Part shown: piece after piece, positions 33,379 to 48,169 of the stretch | How positions within the stretch are numbered: the stretch's first letter is position 1 | Layout of the letters: each line of letters begins with the position of its first letter | NCBI RefSeq assembly: GCF_009914755.1 | Contig: NC_060936.1 | From: the human T2T-CHM13v2.0 reference genome, Homo sapiens | Direction: 5' to 3' (one strand) | Length of the DNA: 64,000 nt | The notes under the pieces: generated by a model | Databases searched by the model: none | Told to the model about the DNA's origin: nothing | What the model saw: only the letters and a program-made list of their open reading frames with translations | Made by a program: the position numbers and the translations under genes

Positions 33379-33786
33379 CTAAAATAGAAAAACAGATGTT
33401 GCTGCATGACAAGTTCTGGCCTTCAAACCTACCAGTCACTTACTGAAATTAACTGAATTTTCACTGTGGGGCTTCATGTCTTGACTTTTTAGGTAGCCAT
33501 TTGCTCGTAGGATAGGCTACACCTAAAGGACAGATAAATGTTTGCAATTCCTAATTCTTCATGCCAGAGAGGTTTAACAGAGTTTTGTCAACATGCTCTT
33601 ATTTATGATTTCTCAAATCAAATTTAGTCTCCATACAATGAAGCCAAGATAGTTTATTAAAAGTTAATAAATATGTGGCTCTATTTTTTTTCTTTTTAAG
33701 AGAATAAAGGTAATAGCAAGCTGGCAGCAGAACAAAATGTAAATAATGTCCAAATAGCCTTGTATTTCAAAGGGGCTGGAGACTTA

Positions 33787-34023
<237 letters not shown>

Positions 34024-34669
34024 CTAAAAACAGAAACAAAACATAAGATATGTTTTTGATAGAACTTTGTATAAAAAATAAAGTCAGATCTTTATCTATA
34101 GTGTTGACTATCCATGTTGTGAACAGATTTAGGTAACTGTTTGCTAATCCCAACTGGATTTCCTCTAGTTTTTAGGCATGCAGCTTCTTCCAGCTGTTAG
34201 ACTATACTTGTGGAATACAAACTAATTTAGTTAGCCCCCTAAATACAGTTAAAAAATATATATATCCTTAATTTTTCTGGATAATTCTAAAGACAAATAT
34301 AAATGACATAGGAACTCTACCTACTACTCTCAATGTTAGCATGAATAATTCTATTGCACTGTATATTTGCATAAGCAATAAAATGTTTTTACTGTATAAT
34401 ACATTATTACAAATGAGTGGAAATAAACAAATGCCCCATCCCAGCCACCTAACAAAACAAATGCATTCATTTTTCTATGTTACTTTCTAATCTTCAGTCA
34501 AATATGGACGTAAGTGTCACTGTTAGTCTATAACCAAAACACTGATAATCTTCCACAGTATGATTAGCGCGTATGCCATTTAAAAATCTGTCCCCCTTCA
34601 CAAACACCAGAATTGTTTTTCCCTAAATCTTCATAATTATAACTATAAAACATGTAGATTATTTCACTA

Positions 34670-35210
34670 TTGTGATTCTCAAACTTTGCGGGTCTCAGGA
34701 TCTTTTGCACTCTTAAATATTAGCCTGGTGCAACAGTGCACATTTGTAGTCCCAGCTACTTGAGAGGTTGAAGCAGGAGGATTGCTTGAGTCCAAGAGTT
34801 CAAGTCCACCTGGGCAACAGAGTGAGACCCTTGCTCTAAAAAAATTTTTTTTTAAATCACTGAGGATTCCAATGAGCTTTTCTTTATGTAGATTATATCT
34901 CTTGATATTTATTGCATTCAGAATTAAAACTAAGAAAACATTAATTTAAAAATAATAAACCCATTCATGTTAATATAAATAACATTTTAATGAAAAATAA
35001 CTATTTTCTAAAACAAAAAAAATTTTAGTAAGTGTAATAATGTTTTAAATTTCTGCAAATCTCATTAAGGCCTAGCCTAACAGAAGATATCTGGATTCTG
35101 ATATCTGTCTCTGCATTCAATCTGTTATATTATCACACAGCACGTAGCTTCTGAAAAACTCACTGGACACCCGTGCAAGAATAAGAATAAAAAGGCAAAT
35201 AATGTCTTCC
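34670..35210. mobile_element. Charlie1-like hAT fragment containing an Alu monomer (about 34720-34843)
   Basis: ggtctcaggatcttttgcactcttaaa...ctctgcattcaatctgtt; Alu arm tgtagtcccagctact. Confidence 0.6.
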
Positions 35211-36583
35211 TTACCAACTACTCAGTCTTTCATCTTTTGTAAGTAGGCTTCCATCCCATCACTCAACTGAAAATTCTTTACGTGACATCATCAATGATTA
35301 TTAATTACCAAACCTTTTCTCAGTCTTATTCTAATTGCCGTTTACCTATTGTTGTAATTCACATACCTTAGGACCACTCCTTTTCTTCATGACATTTCCC
35401 CCCCTCTGCCCTGGGGCTGATATAGCATCAAATTATTCCAGTTCTTCACCTATCTCTGAAGGTCTTTGTGACCTCAAGGCTAGTTACCACTATGGCTTCC
35501 TATCTAGTGTCCTGAATTCTAGTGTTTCCCCTCTAAACCACTAATTTTGGCTATTTTAAGTACATTTCTGATCATATTATACTCCTGTTTTAAGAACTTA
35601 CAATTGCTTCCTACTGTCTCACACATAATATGTAAGCCTTTCTTTTACTATTTAAGGCTACATACTTTAAAGCCAAAGCTACTTTAAGCTTCTGTGACTT
35701 TTAAATTTTTAAAAATGAAGGTTTCATTCAAGTATATCTGCTCACATTTGCCTAAACATGGTCTGCAATGCCTGTCACCCACCTCCCTCCATTTTTCCTC
35801 AATCTGTTTCTTCTACCTACAATGCCCTTCTCGGTAATTCCATCTATTGAACCTGATCTTCATTTTTCAATGTCCAGCTTAATTGCCATCTCCTCCATAC
35901 AGTATTTCCTATTTTTCCAGCTACAAATATGTCTCCATTTCCTGAACTCCCAAAGTACTTTACTGTTCTTTTATCTCAATGCTCACATTTTTATCCTGTC
36001 GTTTTTGGGGAGGAGGGCAGAGGAATGGGCAGAAGAATGGGATTTATTCTTTCTCTTCTTGATTAAGTTGTGTGCTCTCTGAAGGTAGAAGCCACTTTTT
36101 ATTCACCCTTATTACCTTTACAATGCCTTCTATAATACTGAGCAATACACATGCTCAAAAACATAGGTTGAGTGAATTAGCTTTTATCCATGGACATTTA
36201 AAAAGAATGTGACTTTCTCTGTAGCCAGAAATAGGGTTTAATAGGAAGCTACTTTTAAATTTGTGTCCAAGACACTTTGTTTTAAGATTGATTAAAGAAA
36301 GGTCTAGTTTTTTAGTTGGCTAAAAAGTAAAGAATCCTCTTGGGTTAGGTTCTGGAAGCTTCTAAAAATTCACTAGAATTTTCTGATATTCCACTTTAAG
36401 TTATAACACTTTGGCTTCAAAGTTCACAGAAAGAAGAGTATTTCCTTCTAACTGCAAAGGCTGCTACAAAAGAGCTACAGTGGTCTTATGGAGTACACAC
36501 ATGCATGGAGGGACAAGTGTTTGGTTTTTTTGTATTACTTCCTCCTAGTGAAAAGATGATGTACAGAGAGAACGAGGTGACTA

Positions 36584-36941
<358 letters not shown>

Positions 36942-37084
36942 CTACAATAATAATGTCTTATGTTTACATGGAACTTTACAATATAAATAATCTAACAAAA
37001 ATAACCTTTATAAATTTAAAAAAAAAAGATGCTCAGAGAGGTACAGCGAATTGCTTATGTGACAGCCTGAGGCTTGAATTTTCA

Positions 37085-37830
37085 TTTTCTTAATAGCATC
37101 TTTTGATGAGCTAAAGTTTTGAATTTTAAAATATAATTTATTACGTTCGTCTTTTATGGCTTATGCCTTTGTGGCCTAACAAATTTTAACCTGCTTAACC
37201 TGATGTCATCAGGATTTTCTTTTATGTTTTCCTCTAGAAGCATTATAATATTAGCTCTTTTGTTTAGGTCTGATCCATTTTAAATTAATTTTTATATATG
37301 ATATAATGTAAGGGTTACGATTGTCTTTTCTATACGAATACCCAGTTGTTTCAACAACACTGAAAAGATTATCCTTTCTCCCACTGCATTGCCTTGGCAT
37401 CTTTGCTGGAGATCAAATGACCATATATGTATGGATTTATGTCTGGATGCTTTATTCTGTTTTCTGATCCACAGTCTATTCTTTTGCCAATATCACATTG
37501 CACTGATTACTGTAACTTCATAGCAGGTTCTGAAATTAGTTAGTGTAAGTTCTTTAACTTTGTTCTTTTTCAAAATTGTTTTGGCTGTTTCAGGTCCTGT
37601 GCATTTCCATATACATTTTAGAATTAGCTTGTCAAAATCTCAAAATTACCTTATAAGAATTCCAATTGAGATTTAAATCTATAGATCAATTTTAGAACTA
37701 TTATCTTGACAATATTGAGTGTTCCAATCCATGAGTACGGGATATATTTCCATTTATTTAGGTCTTTTAAAATATCTCTCAGCAATGTTTTATAGTTGCC
37801 AGATCACTTTTCATAACATCTTTTTACTTG
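37085..37830 (-). mobile_element. Old L1M ORF2 fragment
   Basis: ttgttctttttcaaaattgttttggct...catttccatatacattttagaattagcttgtc. Confidence 0.75.
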
Positions 37831-39719
37831 AAGGCATTTCAAGCTTGTCTTCAGTTCTTTAAACACAGTAATCAACTATTGTATGGTCTGTGTTTTATAA
37901 TTCCAGTGCTTCAAGTCTTTGTGCATCTGTTTTTATGTTCAGTTGTTTCTGCTGATTCTCATTCACGGCATCTAATTTCATTAAGGACCTACTTATTCAC
38001 TTACGTTAAACATTTTATTCAAGAACCCACATGTAGGAATAAATACTATTGTATAACTATTTGTATCATCTTAAAATATTACTCTAAAACCAATCATTTT
38101 TTGAAATACTATGATAGTAATCAGAATCAAGGAATTAGTACTATTTATACTGTTTTAATGAAGCACTCATTTTTAAATATAAAAAAGCATTTTCTGACAG
38201 TAACTTTTCTTATAATCCAGAATTTACTGACATCTATGATTAGCCTTGAATTATTTCAGGCTAAGGTCAAGTCTAAGCACCACTAGTCACAGGAGGACAA
38301 CTAATGTGAACTGTAAGCATAGAGCTTATTGAAGGGCTAGTTTTGAATACCCACAAATAGAATACATATTATTCCAATGCATTAAAATTAGGATACTAAT
38401 GGTAATAATGAAAGATTGTAACGCAAGTTAAAATAGGGATGGGTTAAATGGTATGACCAAAAGTAGGTAGGGGAAGAGTAATGAAGTTCGTTGTCCCACT
38501 TGTCCAAAGGTCATCACGTTTTCCTCATTAATACCCTGCTTTCTTGCTTTGTGTATATGTGTGATTAATAGCATGGTCTAGAGCAAGTATTTGTGATACA
38601 AATTAAGAACTTCACACTTTTCAGAATTTGGTATGAATTAATGACAAAATTTCATCAATGCTATTTAGAGAATATACCAAAATACCAATTTGTGACAGGA
38701 CCCTAGCAAATCTTTGAAGTGACGGACATATTTTAAAAATAAATTTAATTCTCAGATGATATAAACTCTCATATTCAGTATACTTTAACTTAATGCCACT
38801 TAGCAGCGTATGACTCTAAGAGGAAACTAGACAGCTACCTGTATATGCATGTGCACGCACACAAACACACACACACATACGTCTGAGTTGTTTTCAAATC
38901 TTCCATGTGCCTCCATAGAGACTCCACCGTTAGCTTAAGATAGATGCTTGCAAGGTTTTTTAATCCTGTCCTTTTGTCTCTGATTAAAACCAGCACCTAA
39001 AAAGAATGGCTTTGGGTACTTAGAAAAAGTAAACTGTGAGCTTTAGAATTCAATAAGGTCATGAGAAGAATGACTTATTCAATGTCACCATGAGTTGTGG
39101 TCAGCAGTTTCACAAGGAGCTCACTTCTGGAAACAAATCTTAGTATATATGATATAATAGATGGTATAGACAACATAGTGGGCCAGGTAACAGTACAGAA
39201 AGTTTTTGATCATAAGTTCTAAATAATGGAAAAGTGACTAAATCTTAGTAACATGCCTGTGAGAATGCACTGTTAGAGAAATCCAATGAAGCTGGAAGGA
39301 TCAGGTGAAACACTATAGACTTTATAACTGGCCAAAAATTGGGCCCTACTGTCACACTTTAGATGACATGTGCAAAGAAGATTCTAAACCTATGAAAATG
39401 AAATTGAAATCTCAGTTCTGACTATAACTGAGACAACGCCTTCTATCTAAAGCTCACTGTTACTCAACTTGAATCCTCTCATTAGGGTAAGGCTGAACTG
39501 CAGAGTTAGCCAGTATGTTCTTTTGAAGTCTTCACTGTATGTCTTGGAATTCAGATATAAGAATTATTATCTGAGTTTATGCTCCAATGGGGAATATCCA
39601 AGATTATTCTTTACTTCTCAAGTATGTGCCTCTGAGGTACTTGAAACACTTGTGTTAATAAGTTTCACAGTCCTTAGCAGAAGATGAGAAATAGTTTGGC
39701 TTTATTTCTTATTTTTCGC

Positions 39720-40310
39720 ATTCAATATAACAGCATAGGTACAACCACTTTGAAAAACTATTTGGCATATCTACCAAAGCTAAACATAAATATACCCTGA
39801 GACCTAACAATTCTATCCCTAAGTATTTTGACAAGCTAATTCTCAACAGAAATGTCAAAAGATGTCTGTTGGAATGTTCATAGCAATACTACTCATAACA
39901 ATAAAAATCTGGAGAAACTACCCAAATGTCCACAAATAGTAGAATGTATAAATAACTGTGGTCTAGTCACACAATAATATATAACAATAACAATGAACAA
40001 TCTATAACCATGCACAATATTATGGATAGATCTCACAAACATAATATTGAACGAAAGAAGCCAGATATAAGATAAACAGCAAAAGCAAGCCCAACTAATC
40101 CATAATTTTTGAGATGAAAACAGTGGCTACCCTTGAGGAGGGAGTGTGGTTTAACTGACTAAAAGGGAGGTGGCTGCTGGGTGCTGGTCATGTTCCATTT
40201 CATCATCTGCATATATGTTATATATGGGTGTTCAGTCTATGAAAAGTTGAGCTGCGTACCTATGTGTACCTTTCTATACGTGTGTTATACTCCAATAAAG
40301 AAGTTAAAAA
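39720..40310 (+). mobile_element. L1ME 3' end
   Basis: ggtacaaccactttgaaaaactatttggca...gatctcacaaacataatattga. Confidence 0.65.
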
Positions 40311-41453
40311 CAAACAACAAAATCTTCATTAGTAACCAACAGTTACAAAACTAAATAATTTGGTAAGCCCCAAATTATTCAACAAGTTAACAGCAAAAAT
40401 AAAAGGAAGTTGAGAATTCAGTATTCTTGGCTTGCAGCTCCTCATTCCATAAGACTGACTCCAATAAGACAGTATCTTCAGATCACAAAGATCTATTGAG
40501 ATAAAACTGATACGTCTTTCTTCTTGCTGATAGGTTATTTTTCCTTTATTCTTTTTAAACTGCAATTAATTTCTATAGCTCTTTTATCTGACATAGGACA
40601 TGGGCTGTTTCAGTCATCTTCATTTTCTTGCACACACTAAAACATGGTAACTGAGTGTCTAACAATTCTGTTAGAAGAGGAAAATGACACCTGAAAATGC
40701 TTCGGGATGCTTGCACCAAAGCTAAAACAATATTACCTCTATATCCTGTGTAGTGTTGTCTGAGTTTATAGAGTAAACTTCTTGACCTGAATGGATGTTT
40801 AAATACAACAAATGGGAGAATCATAGCTCAATATACTTTTGTGAATTAAATTGGACACTTTGGAAACAAACTTAATGTTCTGCAGCTGGCCTTCCCAATT
40901 TAAAACATGTAACTTTTGTAACATTGTGGGAGAGGGAATGCTAGTAGTATCAGATGTCTGGAAGAAAATCTGAACTTAGTGACTTTTGGAAACACTGTTT
41001 TTGAGGCTGTTTCCCACCTACATATAACCATTTTTATAAACTGGCTAACCAGGAGTCCAGCTGCAGGAATGTTTGGATGAATTTCTTGTGGTAGGAATTC
41101 ATCATAAACTTTGTTACTCCCCAAAGACCCTTTTATAGATAGACTAGTTAGTGATGATGATTTAACAATAGCTAAAAATTCCTGATGGAACTAAAACTTT
41201 ATAAAGCTACAGTAGGGAAAAAAATGTTTGTCCATCTCTCTTGATACCATATTAGGTATGACTGAGGCTACAGAAGTGAATGGAATGAGAAATTAGTAAG
41301 TCTGATGAAGCTTTCATAGGATAGTACCAGGATTCTCCTAATCAAAACAACAACGTGCCTGGTAAAACTATACCAGCATAGATTATAAATGGGAAATCAC
41401 TGAAAATCACCCTGTCTCGGAAGGACAAGAATTATTTTTTTGTGTTTATATAG

Positions 41454-41780
41454 CAGCAGGCCCCAACCTTTTTGGCACCAGGAACCAGTTTCACGGAAGT
41501 CAATTTTTCCACAGACTGGAGTTGGGGGTGAGGGTGGGGATAGCAGGGATGGTTTCAGGATGAAACTGTTCCACCTCAGATCATCAGGCATTAGATTCTC
41601 AAAAGGAGCACGCAACCTAGCTCCCTCGCACACGCAGTTCACAATAGGGTTCACGCTCCTATGACAGTCTAATGTGGCTGCTGATCTGACAGGAGGCAGA
41701 GCTCAGGCAGTAATGCTTGCCCTTCAATGCTCACCTCCTGCTGTGTGGCAGGTTCTTGGCCTGGCAGTTTGGGAGCCCTG
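41454..41780 (+). mobile_element. MER1B (hAT-Charlie)
   Basis: ccccaacctttttggcaccagg start; 8-bp TSD ttata(t/c)ag. Confidence 0.85.
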
Positions 41781-42917
41781 TTATACAGGATATGAAATTT
41801 AAAATGAGGCCCCTGTAATATAATGAATCTAAGTAGGGACTTAGTCTAAAAAGTAAAACATAAAATCTTTTACACTGTCCTTTACAATATAGCATTTTTC
41901 TTTTGGTAAATAGCTATTTATAATCAATAATCAAACTTCTTTCCTGACAATCACAATCTCTGCTTCCCAGTCAGTGATTTATTTAAGAGATACAGTTTCA
42001 CCATGTTGCTCAGGCTGGTCTTGAACTCTGGGCTAAAACAATCTTCCTGCCTCAGTCCTGGGAGTAGCTGGGACTACAGGTGCCAACTCTGCTTTTTAAA
42101 AAATGCCTCCTCAAAATAAGCAGGCACAGAGTTGCTGATAGTAGCCCTTCATCACCAAGTTGAGCACTGGCTCTCCTATGACTTGTCTGGACCTGTTTGG
42201 CTTGAGGCTCATTTGTTTCTCCAGACTATGTAAAGCTGAATTTTAGTCTTTATATTATTTCTACAATGTATGCCTTCTAACCAGTTTCTATGTGGGTGAA
42301 GGAAGAAAGAGGAAAACCATTCATGGAAAAAGACTGTTAAAAATTAAATTATAGTCCGTAACAAAATGGAAGAATGATCATGCTACATCCTAATTGCAGA
42401 ACTGTATTAGCTAAAAGGAACCCTTGAGACAAATGTTAAACTAAGGCTGGCTTCTTCCTGTCATCTAGCATCTCTTCCCAATACCTATTAATGCAAACTC
42501 AGAAAATGCAGACTAATTTTCATGGCAGCCTAAGCCAAATCTATGTGTATGTAAATCTAATGCTACTTAAGCCAAAAAGAAGAAAGAGGGGTAAGAAGAG
42601 GGGGTAGGGGAGAAGGAAGACAGGGAAGAGGAGGAAAAAAAGGAGGAGAAAGAGGTGTAGGGGCACATGCCTTATCCAAAGCTAAGTATTATTTGGATTT
42701 TCTAGTTTATTTACTATAGGACAATGCTATAGCTCTCTGAACATAAATGGTTAAGGATTATTCACCAATTTGTATTATATTTCACTCGATTCTACTAACC
42801 AGATCGGAGATGCAAAAATCCATTAGTTTAAAAAAATGTAAAGTGGATTATTATATAATATTGGGGGTTAAATCAATATTATGATTATGTAAATCATAAA
42901 ATTACAGGATTTTTCTA

Positions 42918-43148
<231 letters not shown>

Positions 43149-43448
43149 TCATGATTACCAAATGCCTAAGTAAGTCACATTCATCAATGGGCTTTATAAG
43201 TAAGTGTAATGGGCAATCAATGTGTTGAACTAGTAGGGGTGTATCCCAAACATTTACTGGATTCAGGAAGCAACTGTGATTACTGCTCTTCAATTCTCAG
43301 AGAGAAGGTAATGAAAATAAGAGACAATAGCCAATTATGCAATAGGTTCATAAATTGGTATGAAGTGACCACCAAGTAGTAAATAAATCAAATGAGTACT
43401 CATCTTTATTTTGATGTACATGCCCAAGATGTCAAATTAATTAATTAA

Positions 43449-43753
<305 letters not shown>

Positions 43754-44165
43754 TAACATGTAAAAAAGGTTACTTGTTTTTTACGTGCCCTAAATCTGCT
43801 GTTCCTCATCTCAACTTATGAGACCAATCTGTCCAGTTAGTTGCCCAGGACACAAAGATAGGTGTCCTTAATTCCTTTGCTTTCCCTCAATGCCTATCAC
43901 CCCATCCACAATCCAATCTACCACCAACTATTTTCAGTTCTATCTCCAGAACAGCCCACATCTGAGTATTCCACTTTCATTGGTGTCACCCCAGTTCATG
44001 CTACTGTAATTTCTCACCTAGGTTTTTGTAACATTCTCTTAATCGATCTCCTTACTCCCTACTTGTCCACCTACATACCAATTCTTCATGCAGTTATGAC
44101 TTAAATATATATCATATTATATCTCTCCCCTACTTAAAATCCCTACTCTTTATCGTGGTCTAGAA

Positions 44166-44684
44166 CAAGGGTCCCTCATGGACTGGCACCGTCCATCACC
44201 TGTTAGGAACCGGGCTGCATAGTGGGAGGTGAGCAGCCAGCAAGCAAGTGAAGCTTCATCTGTATTTACAGCCGCTCCTCACTGCTCACATTACTGCCTG
44301 AGTTCCGCCTCCTGTCAGATCAGTGGCAGCATTAGATTCTCACAGGAGCACGAACCCTATTGTGAACTGTGCATGCGAGGGATCTAGGTTGCGTGCTCCT
44401 TATGAGATTCTAATGCCTGATGATCTGTCACTGTCTCCCATCACCCCTAGATGGGATCATCCAGTTGCAGGAAAACAAGCTCAGGGCTCCCACTGATTCT
44501 ATATTACAGTGACTTGTGTAATTATTTCATTAAATATTGAAATGTAATAATAATAGAAATAAAGTACACAATAAATGTAATGCACTTCAATCATCCTCAA
44601 ACCTCCCCAACCCCCGGTCTGTGGAAAACTGTCTTCCATGAAACTGGTCCCTGGTGCTGGTGCCAAAAACGTTGGGGACCACTA
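44166..44684 (-). mobile_element. MER1A (hAT-Charlie)
   Basis: Perfect 8-bp TSD gtctagaa at 44158-44165 and 44685-44692; MER1 body. Confidence 0.88.
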
Positions 44685-46476
44685 GTCTAGAAGGCCAAGA
44701 TGACTTGGACCCTGCGTCTCTCTCCAACATCATCTTGTCTCACTCTTTCCTCACTCCAGTTACATATGCTTTTGTTTAGTTCTTCAAACATGCAGAGCTT
44801 GTTTCCAATTCAGGGCTGCTGCCTGGAGGACTCTTCTCCAAGATTCTCACAGGGCTGACTTCTTTTCATCAATCACATCTCAGATCAAAAGTCACCTCCT
44901 CAGAAAGGTCTTCCTTGACTATCCTATGTACTAGTGGTCTCCTCCACCCTTTACTCTTTCACCTTATTCGGTTTTATTTTCTTCTTAGCACTGAAATTCT
45001 TTTATGTACATATTATGTTAAAGAGACCACTGTGTACATGCCATAATTATAGGGATTTTATTTTGTTAAATGTTCTATCTTTAGCAAGTAGAACAGCACC
45101 TGGCACGTAGAAGGTACTCGATAAGTATTTGTTGAATGAATGAGTATTTAAGGCTGAACGCTGGAGCAGTCTTTCTCAAACATTAAAATCCATGCTTCCT
45201 ACCATCACTCTTTTTTCTGTGTAGCTCTACAAGCCAAGAAAAATCTCATCAGCTTGTATTTTCTGTAGTTCCTATCAATATAAAGAAATAAAATAGAAAA
45301 CATAGAAAGGATATGTTCTTACCAATACATACACCTCACTGGAAATTCTGATAAGTCCTTCTAGGAAAGGTCTGCGTATCTCTACTCTTCCACTCTTAAC
45401 CTTTGCCCTCACAAATTCTGCTCGCCCTTGCAGCAACATCATTATCTTAGGATCTACTTATAAACATACAGTATACTTAAAATACTTAATATACTTTAGC
45501 CCTATGGTTAACATTTCTAGTTGCCGCTGTGCATCAGCTGTATCCACAGATGCCTCTGACAGGTCCCAGGCAAAGGTCTTTTTATTTTTTATTTTAACTT
45601 GAACAAGATAAAGGAATTAGATAAACAGAGAAGGAAATTAAAGAAAGGACAGCAACAGATATATCACAATAAACTGGATAAAGTGACAGTAAAAAAGAAA
45701 ATTCGTGAGGAATAGTGTAGTTATAATTTTCTAGGAAGGCAACAAAAGACACAGACTGCTTATCAGAAACTCAGTGAACTATATGATAAGACAATATCCT
45801 TCTGGCCCAGTGAAGTGTATTACCTTCTAAACCGCTACTGATAATTCAGATGATGGAAGTCATAGCTTGAGATATGGGCCATGATCCAGGAGTGTAGCAG
45901 GATGACTTAGTGAACAAGTCAGGTGCTCCTAATCCCCAAATTGGCACTGCTTTCTTTGACCTTAAATGACTTGTTTCTTGGCCTAATTTTACCCATTAAT
46001 AAAATGGGGGCCATGGGGCTGGCAGTAGTAATCAAATTAATATGATATAGTAGAAAAAGGACCAGATTGGATGTTAAGAAGATGTGATTTCTAGCACATT
46101 GGCTGAGTGATCTTGGGCAAATCAATTCAACTTATTGATCCTCTGTTACTTAGTGTATGAGATGGGAAAAATAATGCTGATTGCTTTCCTTACAAGGTTA
46201 TTATGAGAATTAGATGACATAAACTGTAAATACTTAGATCATTATTAAGTAAACTATGACTGGCTTACAAGTATATAAATAAAACTGTTTTTCTTTGCAA
46301 TTTAAAAATTAAATTAATTTTTGATTTAGATTTTTTTCATCTACTGTAAACATCCTGGTTGTGTAGGTATACTTTAAATGGAAATTAAGATGCTATTATC
46401 TCTAACTGAATACTTTAATATTCCTTTTCTATCTCAGACTTATGATACATCCTCCTGATTTGGTTGTAATACAGAG

Positions 46477-47265
46477 ATAAAGTATACAAATAAGAGAGTC
46501 CTTGTTATGTTCTGTGATACAAACACTACTAAGGGTCATCAGAGTGAATTCAATCAGAAACAGGACTGAGAGACTGAACTTCCAGTTGTTAAACAACCTA
46601 TAGGCTTTTTCCAAAAAAGACTAAGGAAACACATATAGCAACAAAGAGTTATGTTTAAAAAAAAACAGATATTAGTTCTTCCAGAGTAGTAATAAGATTG
46701 GCAAATTTTAAGAAAGCCACAAAATCTGGATGATTTAAATTGTGGATCCATGAAGAGAAATACAATAGATCCTTCACTGAAGGTATTTTTAGATGAAGAG
46801 GAGGATGGTCTCCTGTTCCACACAGTGGAGGAAACAGCATGTGGTGATGCTAACATTATCCACTAAGATGGGATAACTGAAGGTGGGAGGAAATTTCGAG
46901 GCTGATGGCCACAGGCTAACAGACGGGGCCTGACAAGATGAATACCAGCAATGGGTACAATATTGGCTTAGGTTAAATGTAATGTGTTCCCACTGAGTGA
47001 CGGCGGTTTCGTGTGTAGGTTAATGTGATCTACATGTCAAAGATCTGGGGAAGAAAATGTGAGAAAATTACCTTAAAGGAGAATAAAAAACCATCAAGAG
47101 ATGGCTATTTCTGAAACTGTAAAATGTACCATTTAGTTAAAAAATTGTATAAAGTGTACAAATAGTCCTTGTTATGTTCTGTGATACAAACACTAAGGGT
47201 CATCAGAGTGAATTCAATCAGAAAGAGGATTGAGAGACTGAATTTTCAGTTGTTAAACAACATAT
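46477..47265. repeat. Dispersed direct repeat of about 120 bp (46477-46601 and 47149-47265)
   Basis: gtccttgttatgttctgtgatacaaacac..taagggtcatcagagtgaattcaatcagaaa occurs twice. Confidence 0.93.
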
Positions 47266-47599
47266 TCAAGAATAATAAAGGAGAAAAATGGAAAGCAGAA
47301 AAACGTAAGGGGAAATGAAAATAAAATAAATGAGATGATCCATTTTCTTTATATTTAAGTTCAACTGTTTATATCTCTGTGCACTACTGTTCATATATCA
47401 CTTGATTTTAGCTATAAGGCTGAGAAGTGTATAGTTTATATTTCAGAGTAAAACTAATTTTTTGGTTTATTTCTCAAGAAGCTAAGAAATAGTGTATAAG
47501 AGAAAATTTGCAATAGCAAACAATGATAAAACTTATGCAACTTCTTGAGCAATTTTTCTTTTATGGATCTAGAAAAAAGTGAGTACTAGTATAATATTA

Positions 47600-47995
<396 letters not shown>

Positions 47996-48094
47996 CTAAA
48001 ATCATAGATTTAAAACATAAATTCCTATGGTGTGCATTATAAAACATCTTTTGGTATAAGAAAACAGTAATTTAAAATAAAAAGAAATACTTAC

Positions 48095-48169
48095 CAGGTA
48101 AAACATTTAAATAGTTCCTCTCAGCATTCTTAGTCTTATCATCATTTCCTCCATTTTGGTTTCCAGAAT
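48095..48169 (-). CDS. C12orf4: C12orf4 coding exon, 75 nt: [25 protein letters not shown]
   Basis: gaatag|AT acceptor, CCTG|gtaagt donor, phase 1-1, in frame with both neighbours. Confidence 0.93.

Noticed and set aside
37828-38286. 152-aa plus-strand ORF
   Set aside because: Non-ATG start, AT-rich low-information peptide, antisense within an intron, no recognisable homology.
46477-47265. C/D-box snoRNA pair in the direct repeats
   Set aside because: TGATGA and CTGA words are present but not in a convincing terminal C...D arrangement with a closing stem.
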